From Lepidodermella squamata (taxonomy: Eukaryota > Animalia > Gastrotricha): a DNA stretch of 64,000 nt. Position 1 is the stretch's first letter. The number at the start of each line of letters is the position of its first letter. This document shows, piece by piece, positions 50,546 through 63,600 of this stretch. The notes below the pieces were generated by a model. That model saw only the letters and a program-made list of their open reading frames with translations, did no database searches and was not told the DNA's origin. A program made the translations under genes and the position numbers. The stretch covers positions 3,410,001 to 3,474,000 of the forward strand of contig JBLDXI010000032.1 in assembly GCA_047495785.1 (NCBI GenBank), given 5' to 3'.

Positions 50546-53181
50546 ATGAATAAAGGCGTTGAAAATTCTCAAATTGGCCGCTTGTTCAAAGCGACCACGA
50601 CTTTGGAGCCCCAGCAGTCGCGCGAAGAGAGAAATCTGTCTCTGGTTATTTGCGCGATACATCACTACGTCCTCGATGCAACGTCGCCGAATATTTTGTT
50701 CAAAACTGGCTCGAAGAATCAAATCGTCCCGTTTGATGGCTATGACTTGGTTGTAAGCGATGGCCGGTTTCGAACGATTTTCGCCCTCGCTGATATCCGG
50801 CTATCGAACCTGATTCAGAAAAATATTCTCACGTAAAATGAATATTTTTGTCCAAAAAAATATTTTATGATCTGATTTATAGGGTTGGCTCGATTTTACA
50901 ACGTGTCACCGTGAGGATGTGCTACTCAGAGCGAATGACTCGCCACCAATTTTTCTTGCTCACCGAATTGGGTCTTGGCTCGGAAAAGAGCGGACCAATC
51001 GATCTGGATAAACTTGCTTGGTTTCCTGGCTTCGATGAGCATTACTTTCAGCAGCCTCAGCTTTGCTCTCGTTCGAACTACATCTCACTCTGGAATATAA
51101 CAGACCCAGTAGGAAGTTGCTGGGATGCAGATCAAATTCCTCGGATCAAGGAATCGAAAGAAATCCCTCGCAGTTCAACGCTGACGCAGATTTTGACAAA
51201 CCCCCACAGCAAAACGCTGACACCTCTCCTCGTTCGAGTTTTCGCGAAAAGCCGCCTTAATTATTACGCGGCTAAAAAGAATAAGCGCCTCGATATGAGC
51301 CGATGTCCCTATCAATTTGATGTCCTAATCGGCGATGATCGTGGCTGTTGCCTCGCAGTTTTTTGGAACGATCTCGCCGTTCAGGCTTACAAATTCATCG
51401 AAGTTGGTACAGTTCTGCTCATCCGCGGTTATCGGGTTAAGCAATCGTACAAAACCGCTGAATACTCGGCGTGTTGCTTCAACCCTGCGATTGAGCGATT
51501 CAATCTTGAAATTGCTGTGAATGACAAACCGTTGGTTGGAAGGCCTCCATTTGATATTGTTGAACCTTCAGCTCAACCGCGAGTTGTTCAGGTTCCTTTC
51601 AATTTTCTACCGATTTCAGCAATTTTAGCGTCGAGAGCTGCTTTGAACGATATTAAGCTGGATTTAGCCGGCGTGGTCTTGTACGCTGGCAGATGGCATC
51701 GTGAAGTTCGCCGCTACTTTCGCGGCCTGAACGAAAATGAAATAAATGATTCATTGATGGACGAAAGCTCAACAGAAGGCTTGGTAGTTTCGTCATTATC
51801 GGGCGAAAAATACCTCGAGGAGTTTCACACGGGTGGTTACTGGATGTGGCGTTGGCTCGTTGTTACTGATGATACTAACTCGACCATTCGATTGAAGTAC
51901 TACTGTACGAGCCAGCCGAACGCGCAGTTTGGCCTGAAGCCGTCTCAGCCTTTCGTTTTGACCCAGTTGAGGTGCGTGGTGATGAATAAACTCGACGCGA
52001 GTGACTCACGATTCGTGCCCGATTTTATGTTGACCACCACAAATGAATCACAGCTGATTCTGCTCGAACCCACCTCTTCGCTTTTTTCAACTCATGACCG
52101 CGTGCGAGAAGTGGTTAAATTCTCTGAGACTTTGTCCCCTGAAATCAAGTCTATGCTGATTTTCGGAGGATCCTACGACTACCCGCCCTATCCGTCCGAG
52201 CTTGATAATTTGGTCAAGCGATTCGAGCCGGAATCTAGCGCGGCCGGGCGTGAAATCATTGGTCCTGTTTACGTCGCCGCCCCGCAAGTCGAAGCTCTAA
52301 TCGATAACCTGTCTTTCATGGAAAACCGATGCTTGTTTGTTCACGCGTTGTTAGCCTCCGTTCGTTTCTTACCCCTAGCCAGTGTTTCCAGCCGAACTTC
52401 CGCTGAGTTCAGATCGATGAGTTACGGGTCACCTCCCGGATCTCCTACAACGCGAAGACGGAAGCAGCAAATTGCGGATACGGATGATTTTCTGGCGATT
52501 TACCTCGCCTCTGATTGGAAAGAACGGCGAGTCGCATTTCGAGGTTTGGGCCGAGATTCCCCGCATTGGCGATCTGTTACTTGGTAAGTCTATTAAATCA
52601 TTACTCGCCCTAGATTTCAGCTGAAATTTCAGGCATTGGCAACAGAAAAATTCAGAAATTATCCTGAATAAATGCCTGAATCCGCCCGATCAAGAGCAAC
52701 TGTCATCTCATTCCCACTTGGATCTCAATTTGTATGCTAATTTTGTCGGTTTCTTACATGTTCAACTACTGCGTAAGTTTGAATTTGAACGCTGAAAAAC
52801 TTTTCATATCCGATTTTTCCAGTTTTGAACCAGTCAGTCTTTCTCAACTGCTTTGTCCCTGTTCCTAATCTCGCATGTTTGGCTGATCCCTCGAACCAGC
52901 CCGCCAACATCGGAATGGGCGAGAGATTGATGGGAATCCTCAACAAGTGCGTTGCCGGCTTTGATCTGTTTGACGATAACAAAGTCGCTCCGGCTGTTTC
53001 TAAAAAAGCAGCGGAAAGCGCGCGTAAAACGGCGGCTGATTTGTTCGCTTCGAACGTCATTCCTCAATCCGGTGTGGCGATGAGTCCTGCGAAAACTGCT
53101 GCGGTGATCAGTTGCTATGGCCTTGGTGGCGACGGAGTTGAGATCTCGATCAAGCGCCTGTACAAACTACCTGCTCACTGA
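50546..53181 (+). CDS. RADX: RPA-related OB-fold protein RADX-like
   Basis: YDLVVSDG (OB1) and PLLVRVFAKSRLNYY..PYQ..VFWNDL..VGTVLLIRGYRVKQSY, recalled as matching vertebrate RADX/CXorf57; multi-exon. Confidence 0.7.
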
Positions 53182-53373
53182 TCACAATCGGCCCGTTTTC
53201 ATTGTTTTGTTTTGTTTTGTTTAAGCTATGCATTTCTCTCTGTTATTGGTTATCAATAAAAAATCTTCATTTTTACAACATGCTCTAGGTTTCATTGATT
53301 TAGCGTTAGGTTGGAAATTAGTTCGACAAAGTCCGTGATAACGCTAAGCGCCGGTGATACGGACGCAGTTTAG

Positions 53374-53404
53374 CAGACGTTGAACAGACGTTGAACAGAC
53401 GTTG
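53374..53404. repeat. Short tandem repeat (CAGACGTTGAA)x~3
   Basis: Read directly between the convergent 3' ends of RADX and pirin. Confidence 0.7.
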
Positions 53405-53626
53405 CATGTTTGCAATATAAGATATTGGATTATATTAGATCCAGAAAATTATCATATTGACAACAATAAGACTGCAATTCTAGCCTGAAAATAACTTTGA
53501 AACTTGAGGTTTCAAAATTTCTCGCATGTAACCTGATATGGCTGAAAAATAACATAATAAAAAAATCAAAATTGAAGTATGTTTGCGACACGAGATAGCT
53601 AAGAGTCACACAAGCTCCGGTCAAGT

Positions 53627-54912
53627 TTAGTGTTTTCCGCCATTTATTCGCTGTTGGGCAAGCGCGGCGTGAGTTTGGCGATAGCGTTGCTCGCTGCCCG
53701 CTATTTTTCCGCCAAGACGGCCAGTCTGGTAGTCATAAATAGCCTGCTCAATTTCCTCATCGGTGTTCATGACGAAAGGTCCATGACGAGCGATAGGTTC
53801 TCCAATTGGGGTGCCTGCCAAAAGCAAGACGTACATTACTCCGTGTTCACCTGCTTTCAGCGTCGTAATGGCATCGGAATATTCGTTAAGCGTGAACGCC
53901 GCCCCTTGACCCATTTTCAGATCGTTTCCATTGCATTCACCAGCACCACGCCAGCAATAAACCATCGCGTTCATGCCCTTCGGTATATCAAGGGTAACAG
54001 TGCCGTTGGTTTCCAATCTGACATCGAACACAATAGTGGGAGCGTGCGTTTCAACGGGAGACTTGGCGCCTTGAAACTCGCCCGCTATTACCCTGACCGA
54101 AGATTTTCCGTCTTTCAGCATCACAGACGGTATTTCACTGGGCTCAATTTCTTGATATCGAGGTTCGGTCATTTTCAACTGAAATGATGACAGATTACAA
54201 CTATCTGCAATTTATGGGCAAAAGCTTACCTTCTTGGGTAGATTCACCCAAAATTGAAAACCTAAAGAAGTTCAAATGCTGTGAGGGATCGGTTTGTGAG
54301 TTCTATTTTGGCAAACCTTCCAAGTTTCCGCCATTTTTCATAACGTCATCGCCAGGCATTTCAGCGTGAACAACTCCTCGACCTGCTGTCATCCATTGCA
54401 CACCTCCAGGCTTGAGGATACCGCGGCTCCCGCTAGAGTCAATATGCTGAAATGATCCTGCGAGTCAAAAAATATAGATTGTATCTCTGGTGAGAGAGGA
54501 TTAGCAACAACTAACCATCGATGCAGTAAGTGACAGTCTGAAAAGAACGATTATTTAGATAAAATGGTAGAGAAGAACAAAGCAGAAAAAACGCGAGATA
54601 CCTGAAATCCACGATGGGGATGATCGGGGGCGCCAAGAGCTTCGCCTGGCTTGTAATTAGTGGGACCTGAAAATAGAAGATATAAGCAAACATATGTTCA
54701 TTTAATCAATAAAAATTAATACCCATATGACCCAACAGCAAGAACGGATCTAAATCTCTTAGCGAAGCATCGCCTATCACATTACGAACAAGGAATCCTC
54801 CTCCTGAAATGAAATCAATATGTCGAGGCTTGTCGGTTAGTTTTTGCAAACACCTACCTTCACGGATTTGCTTCGAGGTAACTATTTTCGATATTTTCGT
54901 GACAACTGACAT
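53627..54912 (-). CDS. PIR: Pirin (bicupin iron protein)
   Basis: [58 protein letters not shown]; several short introns. Confidence 0.93.
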
Positions 54913-55483
54913 TGTTTCGAAGTTTTCTTGCAGTATCAATAAAAGAATAAACTATTCAATTTAAATAAGGAATAATAAAATGATTGATTGATTGAGGAAC
55001 TTATAAGCAAGATTAGAAAGCTCTTATAAATCAAGGGGATCTGACGTGGAAGAGAACAAATTATTAAGTTGAATGTCGATTAACAGAAACCACTCGTTGT
55101 TATTGACTGTTTTTGTTGTTGTTGTTGTCGTTGTTGCCATTTGCTAGTAGCCGATTGAAAATTTATGTATTTCATTTATTCATAGAACGGGCCAAAAACC
55201 AGCTATATATATATATATATATCATATGGCCATGCGGGTTGAAATTTTTGAACCCTTAAAACATCGCAAAGAAAGCACACTGCATTCACTGCAGACACTC
55301 AGACGTGTCTTAAGCGGTCAAATTTTGTCTTCCCCAGAAATAAATAATACATGCGGCTAGCCTTGCAGCTGTTACTATCTTAATAAATCAAAATAAATAT
55401 ATGTTTAAAAGTTAGTAACACAAATTGTTTAAAAAAGTATTCATAGCAACATTCGCCTTATTAGCAACGGAACAGCTTACTTC

Positions 55484-58400
55484 ATGTTAACTAGAAGAAG
55501 AGCTCAACTGTCTTCTGGGCTATCTTCTGGCTTTGCTGCCGAACTCGATCGCAAAGCGAGCAACAATCTTCGCGATTCACAACCTCCAAAGTCGAAATCG
55601 ACTCTGCGAGCAAGGCGCTCTTCTCAGGGCGAAACTGCGGCTCGCGATTCCCGCTCTGCTGCGCAGAAACGGCCAACCACCAGCTGTGTTCCAGAGGAAG
55701 CACCATGTCCCTGTGGTACTTGCAAAAAGGACACCTGGAAACCAGTAAGCATTGAAGAGCAATTTACCATCGAATGCTCCCATTGCAAGCGCTGGTTTCA
55801 CGCTGAGTGCGCTGGTATCGCCCCACACCATTGGGAAGTCTATGGCGACGATGGACATCTGTGGTTCTGCAATCGAAAAAGTTGTCAAGGCCAGAAGCAG
55901 AAATCTAATATTTTTATAGAAACACCTGTGCCAGTCGACGAACAGCCGCCGTCACCAGAACTGACGTACGCTGATTTGTTGATACCCGAAACGCCGTGTG
56001 ATGAGCCTCCGCCGTCACCAGACATGACGTCCGTTGCATCATCTCTGTCACCGACACCACTACCAAACGCTTTCAGCCACTCAATCGACGATCTCATCGC
56101 CCTGGGCAGATCAAGTCTCCTGGTCCTTCACTTTAACATGAACGGCCTCGAAACAACGGAGAAGTTTGCTCAGCTGCTGACATTTCTCGTGACGGTAAAG
56201 CCAGACATCGTCTTTCTGTCCGAAACAAAGCTACGTGACGGAGCAATACCTAAGTACATCACCTCCTCGCTTTATAATGAAGGTTACCGATCCGAATGGT
56301 CGTGCCGTGAAGTGAGGGGTGAAAATGGCGGCGGTGTTGCTATTCTTATGAAAAAGTCTTTTCACAAAGTAAGGCGATTATCCATCACGAATCTGCCACT
56401 GCTTGAAAAGCTAGTCGTATCTGTCGAGTCGAAGCATGGAAAGTTAATCCTTGGCGCTGTCTACAACCCGCGCACGACCGACTGTTCTATTGGCGATCTG
56501 GAACTTTTCACCGACAAGCTCACCGAAAAGGCCAATGGAGATCGAATCATTATTGGGGGCGACTTCAACTACGACCTGCGCCAAAGCCCAGTAAAGCTTG
56601 CTCTCGAAGCTGTGTTTGAGGGTGCGAAGCTCAAGCTTGGTCTGCCTGACTGTCCCGTCACTCGCTATGGGAAAACCAAGCTCAGCTGCCTCGATCACAT
56701 CTGGCTGTCTGATTCGATCGAAACGTCTACGTCCGGAACGTATGAGCCTTTTAGTGACCACCTTGGTGTATTTTGTTCTTTCCCTCTAGAACTGAAGAAA
56801 CAGCCTGAAAAGAAAACAACGGTCTTCCGCACTACCAGGAAGCTAAACGAGATCAACACGGAAGCGTTCTTAAAGGACGCCTCGACAATCAGTTGGCCGA
56901 TTCAAAAGGCAGATGAAGATGTTGACAGCTACGCAGACCGCATCACCGACTCCTTCATTCAGTTGCTCGATCGTCACGCCCCTGAGGTACAGGTCAAAAC
57001 AACAGAAAAGCGTGAAGGTGGTCTGCCAAAGCCATCAAGAGCCCTCATAAATCTGTCAATCCAGCGAAACAGGCTCCTGCGTCAGAAAAGTGTTGGTCCG
57101 TTCTCGGAAGAAGACGAAGCCAAACTGAAGGCCTTGAATAAAGATCATCGCCGGGAATCTAGGCAATTCATCTATGGTCATTACCAAAAGCGGATGGCCA
57201 AGGCTCGTGGGAACAGCCGCAAAATATGGGAGGTTCTGCGAGAGTTCCTAACCGACAAGTCACCACCAGGCGAAAACACCATTCCGATAGCCGCAAATGT
57301 TCTCAACGATGCATTCGCCGCTGTTGGACAGAAAATCGCTGCCGAAACAAAGTCACCTGATTTCAGCCGACCACCACCACGGCCAGAGTGGCGTTTCTCC
57401 TTCAATTGCATAACAAAGAAGAAAATCGAAGAACAGGTTGATCGAATGAACAACAAGTCAACTACCGGTCCCGATGGTATACCAAACAACGTCCTGAAGC
57501 TAGTGATCCCTGAAATGAGCGAATGTCTAGCGACTCTGTTTAACCTAACCATCAAGACTGGAAAACTACCTACCACCTGGCTTGAGTCGACGGTCACTCC
57601 GATCTACAAATCTGGTGATCACACGATTCCTTCAAACTACCGACCGATTTCCATCTCATCGTGTCTGCTGAAGTTGCTGGAGCGCTGTCTCAGCGGTCAA
57701 TTGAAAACTTACCTCAAACGAATAGGTTTTCTCAAAGCGAATCAGTTCGGGTTTCGAGCTGGCCACAGCTGCGAGTCATGCTTACTTAAAATTCTCGACG
57801 ATTGCCGAAAGGCACTGGACAACAGTGAATGCGTCGGAATGGTATGCATCGACCTAAGCAAAGCGTTCGACTCCCTGCCTATTAAAGGCCTAATATCTGC
57901 TCTTCGCTCTGCCGGCCTCGACGACGCTGCAATAGCTTGGTTTCGCGCCTACCTAGAAGGCCGTTCTCAGCGCGTGAAAACGCCTACCGAGATCTCAGAC
58001 ATCGCGCCTATCACGTACGGCGTCCCACAAGGCTCGATCCTCGGCCCACTGCTTTTCATCATTTTCATTAACGAATTGCCAGTTCAATGCAAAAACAGCA
58101 TCGCATCGCTGTTCGCCGACGACACAACGATCGTGGCCCGTGGGAAGACGCCTGAAGAAGTCAAGGCGAAGCTAGAGGCGGACCTTCGCAGTATCGGCGA
58201 TTGGTTACACGCCAACTGTCTTAAAGTGAATCGGGACAAATCTAATTATATGTTTTTGTCTAACCAACAGGCTTCTGCTCCAGAAATTCGATTCGGTGAA
58301 GTCGATCTGCCGCCACTTGACCACGTAAAGATCCTGGGAGTCTATCTGGACTCAAAGCTCACCATGGAAAAGCACGTCGATCATCTGATCAAAGCCGCAA

Positions 58401-59502
58401 GAAGTGGTACCTACGCACTACGTAAAGCGGCTCGGCACACCGACCTGAAGACTCGAACAATGATGTACGACGGCATCATCGGGTCGAAGTTCAACTACTG
58501 CGACGCCGTCATCGATCAGGGCTGCAAGACCCAGCTGGATCGACTTCAACACGCGCAAAACAAAGCCGTTCGTGCCGTTCTCGACGTCAGTCCTGACGTG
58601 CCCGCCGATGAAGTTCTCGTGCGATTGCGATGGGTGAATCTGCAAGGCAAACGACTGGTCCACCTGGCTACAACCATGTGGAAGTGCAGCAGGGATCCTG
58701 AGACCCCCGAGGCACTCTCGTCGCTAGTCAAGCCGATGAACCAACAGCATGACCACAACACTCGAGGCGCCGCCACCGGGAAGTACGTCAAACCATCGTG
58801 CAAGCTCGCCACAGGCCAGCGCTCGTTCCCAACCAAGGCTATCCAGTGGTGGAACCAGCTGCCAGCGAAGATCAGGCTGTCCGCTTCCACAAAGGCGTGC
58901 CGGCAAGCCACGCTCGAATTCCTACGCGAACAGGCCAAACACGACGCCATCATCAAGGTGAAGAGCGAGCGAAAGAAGAAGGAACTCAACGCCTCTCTGC
59001 AGCCGCAGGTCGCGTTCAATCCGTACTCCAAAGCCGCCTTCGTCTACAACTACGTGCCAAACTAAATGAGTTTTCCAAATTTCTATTTATATTTTTCAAA
59101 AGCCTATACTCAACCAAATGTAATATACTTTATTTTCTTTTATAGCTCCGTCATTAAATTATCTATATTTTAGCTCCGTGGAATTACCTCTTGTAAATTA
59201 TCTCTACTCTTGTAAATAATTCTCCAACTAGTCTTTTGGTAGCTTTCTTGCTACGACGGCGTTGTAGGCTTCGCTGAGTGAGTGGAAAAGCCACCTGGGC
59301 ACTAATGCCTGGGCCCTGGAGAAACAGTCAGCAATAACTGGAGTACCAGGGGTAGGGATTTCAATCAAGTAGTTAGTAAACCAGTTCAAACTTTCCTAGA
59401 GCGTAAGCTCGCGATTTTCTCACAAGCTCCGCCTTATGGCGAAAGCTTGAGTCCGTCAGGGCGAGGAGAAATCGTAATTCCTGATCCTGATCCTGATCCT
59501 GA
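55484..59502 (+). mobile_element. Apparently intact single-ORF CR1/L2-group LINE (PHD finger + APE endonuclease + RT), ORF 55484-59065
   Basis: PHD (CGTC..IECSHCKRWFHAEC..WFC). APE (LSETKL, GGGVA, GDFN, LDHI, SDH). RT (DLSKAFD, PQGS, FADD). 3' UTR ends in (TCCTGA)4 at 59479-59502. 5' end and TSD ambiguous. Confidence 0.93.
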
Positions 59503-60696
59503 CAGCTGGCTTCGCGGATCGGCGCCTCAACCTCGAAGGCGGTAAATCCCTCTTGGACATCCTCTTGGACCTCTTGGATGGTACGGTGGAATCCCCATCA
59601 TTAGAGCATTAGAGATTTTTTCAGGAATTCGATCTAAACCTTCACCAAGTGGGCACTTCTACGCTGCTTGTATTGATAGTTATTTTGTATGTATGTATGT
59701 TTGATGTTTCGTATATGCTCCCGAGTACTCGATTGAGCGGCTTTGACTCGTCATCGGTTTCACTGGACATGCTCTCATGTGAGCATTTTTTCTATGAAAT
59801 CTTGCATTCTTATAAGTATGATTTATTTTCTCAAACCAATTATGATATTTCCACTCAATGAATCAATCTCAATGAATTCTTTTCTTTTCCTTTTCAGCTT
59901 CCTTCTCGTTTAACACCGATTTTTTCCGCGAGATTTCAGGAAATGATACATGGGCGCAGTTCAAAATCGAGAGATAAACAAAATGATTGAGTCGACGCTG
60001 AGCATGGTGACTAAGCTCTGCTGCTTGTTATGCCAATGTTGTTTGAGAAACATTGCACTTGAACTAGAAAGAAGAGTAGCTGCGTTTGGTTGCGGCTTTA
60101 TTCTTTGGCAAATGATAACTATCGCGAAATGTTTCTAGCATCTATAAGGAAAGGCGAAATGAAATATGTTTGGCCTCAGCATAAACTGGGAAACCTTTTA
60201 TTCGCACTGAGAAATCATTGAAGTTTGAGAAGTTAGGTGTATCTGTCGAAAAAACGAACGCTCTAGGCCGTAGTTTTTAACATCAGCACTTGGCCGACAA
60301 TCGACAATGTTTTTAAATAATAAAAAGCATGTGTGATTCATGGGATTGATGTATGGATAGTAGCCCGCGTCGATCATTCGGTATTCGATACGAAGATAGC
60401 ACAGCGATGATGTGAAAATTATTAGCCTGTAGAAAATTAAGCGTTAACTACTCTCTCTTTGGTCTATTCGGATTTTAATCATCTCCCATCTCCTCCAGTC
60501 TTGTTCTAAGCAGGCGATAGTTAAGTAGCATTTATCATCAATTAACGATTGTTTTAATTGTTGTTATTCGTCATTTCTGAATTACAAATAATCTTTACTA
60601 CAAGTTTATGCTCGTCGCATCATTGTTTATCCATTCATTTCTACAAGCTTCGTGTAGTCCACTACGATAATATGCTTTTGTATCACCCATATTTAG

Positions 60697-63600
60697 ATGA
60701 AGAAACATAAACATCATACGCCAGTTAGACTAACTCTCAGAGCTGTTGTTTCGACGCTATGGTTGTTCCTGCTTATAGCTGCTGCAAAGGCTGGAATTCC
60801 ATACAATCTTTCCATTGTTTCTTCCACTTCACCTCTTGATATTACGTTCAACGAAACAAGACTTGATTCTTCGTCACATGCGTATCATTTCATCTTCAGA
60901 AGTATGTCGCTTGACCGGAAATCCTAGTTTGCTATTTGTGTGTTTTCCTAGCAAACGATGGTAGCTCGCTGGTGCTCAATATAAGCGCGTTTTCTGCTGA
61001 CGACGACGGAGGTGCAAAAATGTTGGTGGCCGTAGAAAACATTGACGACGATTCAAGCGATCGATTGACGCCATCTATCGATACATGGCGGCGATGGAAA
61101 ATTTACGCGTGGAACGGCCCGTGTTCCAATGGGTCGTTGCTAACATCGAACAACACACAGGTTTATCATTAATAATTTATCCTAATAACATTGTTAATTT
61201 TTCGTTTTTTTTCTGCCGTAAATATATAGATTCATGTGATCATTTACCAGCTTGTGCCACACAGTCAGCTTACGTTCAAAGCTGCTGTTTGCGCTTCGGC
61301 GCCGTGTATTACCAGCAAGCAAGTGATGAAAAAGTGAGTGTACATAATTTAGTATTCAGTGTTTACATGATGTGTCTTGCACAAATTGATTCGATAATTA
61401 CTATGCACTTGCACTGCTTTTAAACTAGTGACCCACCTGGCACTTGCTTACCTTCATCGGAGCCGTACACTTATAGCACACTTTCACGAGCATTCCACTC
61501 ACTGTTGTCATTTGGTGACTGTTACTACGCTTTCGGTGGAGTGTCATCTACGTCACCTGTTGATGATTTGCCTCCTTTCATTGCTGTTCAGGGTGAATGC
61601 AGTAAAAACCTGCTGAAAGATAACCAACAAATTCCGACAAATCGCCGCTATTTGTCAGCTGCTGTCGCCGCAGGGATATCAGCGTCTAATGGACGAGTTT
61701 TTGTCATGGGAGGTCTAAAGGCTGATGGCAGCCCTGTAGACACACCCGATGGCTACATGGCTCTGAATTTCTCTGGTCAAGCAACTTCTGCTTCGTGGAA
61801 TTCGCTGCCAACGTTGAAGCTATTCGGACACGCTGCATGTGCTTTTTCAACTTCAAGGATTTTCGTCTATGGCGGAAGCACTTTCGACGGAACTTTTTCA
61901 CCATATCTCCTTCAATGGCGGCAAAAATTAGGAACTTGGAAGAAATTGACCAGTTGGGCCGGGATCTACCCTCCATCTCTAGTTGGTCACGTTCTGACAT
62001 GTTCGCCTGATTCTAATAAGCTGTTTCTTCACGGTGGCTTTTCGTTGAAGCCGTCGCTTCGAATAGTGCCAAATCCTTATGTTTACATGTTCGATCTCAC
62101 GAAGAGGAAATGGTCCATTTTGTTGGCTACAGAGCCTCGGTATTTTCACTCGACGGCTCTTGTGCCGGCAAGATATAAAAACAGCGAGGAGGTGGCAAGT
62201 TATACTGGGGCGATGGCGTTGATAGGCGGTCGTATGAGTTCAGTTGACGTTTTGATGATTGACACTCGTTGCGGGGCTATTATTCCAGCCGATGGTGGCT
62301 CGAACTCTACATTAGGCATGGGCCTAGCCACCGCTGTTGCTCCGCTGCGGTCTGAGCCGTTTTTTCGAATTCTCAGCAGTGGAGGAATCTATAACGCAAC
62401 TTTCGTTTCTCCAGCGGAGCCTCGAGACTTAAAAGTAAAACTGCCCTCTGTTCCTCGACAATGTCAGAGCAACTCAGGCCAGTCTAGATCGCAAGATAGC
62501 TACTGGCGGTGCGGACTAGCTCTAAACCCGGCTGTTATGTTCCAAAGCAATTCCTCTCGATATTATTTCGATGTCTACGTGCCAACCGGTGATGAACTGG
62601 CGACGTTTGTAAACGTCGATAATCTAGCGAACATTCTACTACCATTGACCTCAAAATCTGTCGAATGGGTCGTCCAGTGTCGAGGCTGGATGCGACTTCA
62701 ATCCGTTGACGGCATGACCATCGGCGCTAGCAGCTCAACAGCAGCCACTTCAAGCACAACGACCGGCAAAACTGATTTAAACTTCGGATTTGCTGCGTAC
62801 CTTTTCATCGATGGAAATTTAATCAGCGGCTACCAGCCACTTGAAGGGGTGCCGCCGCCTTCGCTACCCCTGCTCGACCCGCTTGATCCATCTCGCCGGG
62901 TAAGAGCCGAGTCGGGAATTTTCGATGTCATGATTTTTCTCAATGGCTATGGACCTATCGTTCCAAGTGGGTCTAACATTCAATTGCGATCAAAGGTCAG
63001 TCCAATAATATAATTTAAGGTGGATTTTATTGTGATTTTGATTTAGGGCGGTGCGACGCTTTTGACCCCGAGAGATCCTCCGCCGACTGTTGCTGAATTA
63101 GCTTGCCTATCACCGACATCCCAATACAGTTGCGTAACTTGCCTCCTGAATTCAGCTTGTCTCTGGATACCCGGCTCACCCGGGCAATGCGTAGTTCGCC
63201 GCTCATCCGACCCGTCTAACCCAGACGCGGGCGATGACGAAAATGCTGTTGAGGTGATCCGCGAGCCTGGCGCTTGTCCTTCCTGCTTTCAGCACTCAGT
63301 CTCATGCCGCGACTGCACCTTCTCGTCCGAGTCTTGCACATGGCTGCCCGGCCTCGATATTTGCGCCTCGCCGCTAGTTACATTCGACCTACCCGAGGCA
63401 ACTCGCACTTGCCCAATGCCGTGTTTGAGCCGCAAAACCTGCGAGCAATGCACAAGCTCCCTCGAAGATGACCTGCAGTGTTTGTGGAGCGCTGAGCGAT
63501 CACTCTGCGTCGATCTGTGGATGGCTGAGGCTGGTCTTCCGCTGGCGATGGGTTGTACACGTGGCTGTCCATCATCCGCGGCTGCGATTTCAACAACGCC

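Noticed and set aside
55199-55477. TSD defining the LINE 5' end
   Set aside because: Three alternative CAGCT matches (near 55200, 55366 and 55473) cannot be distinguished.
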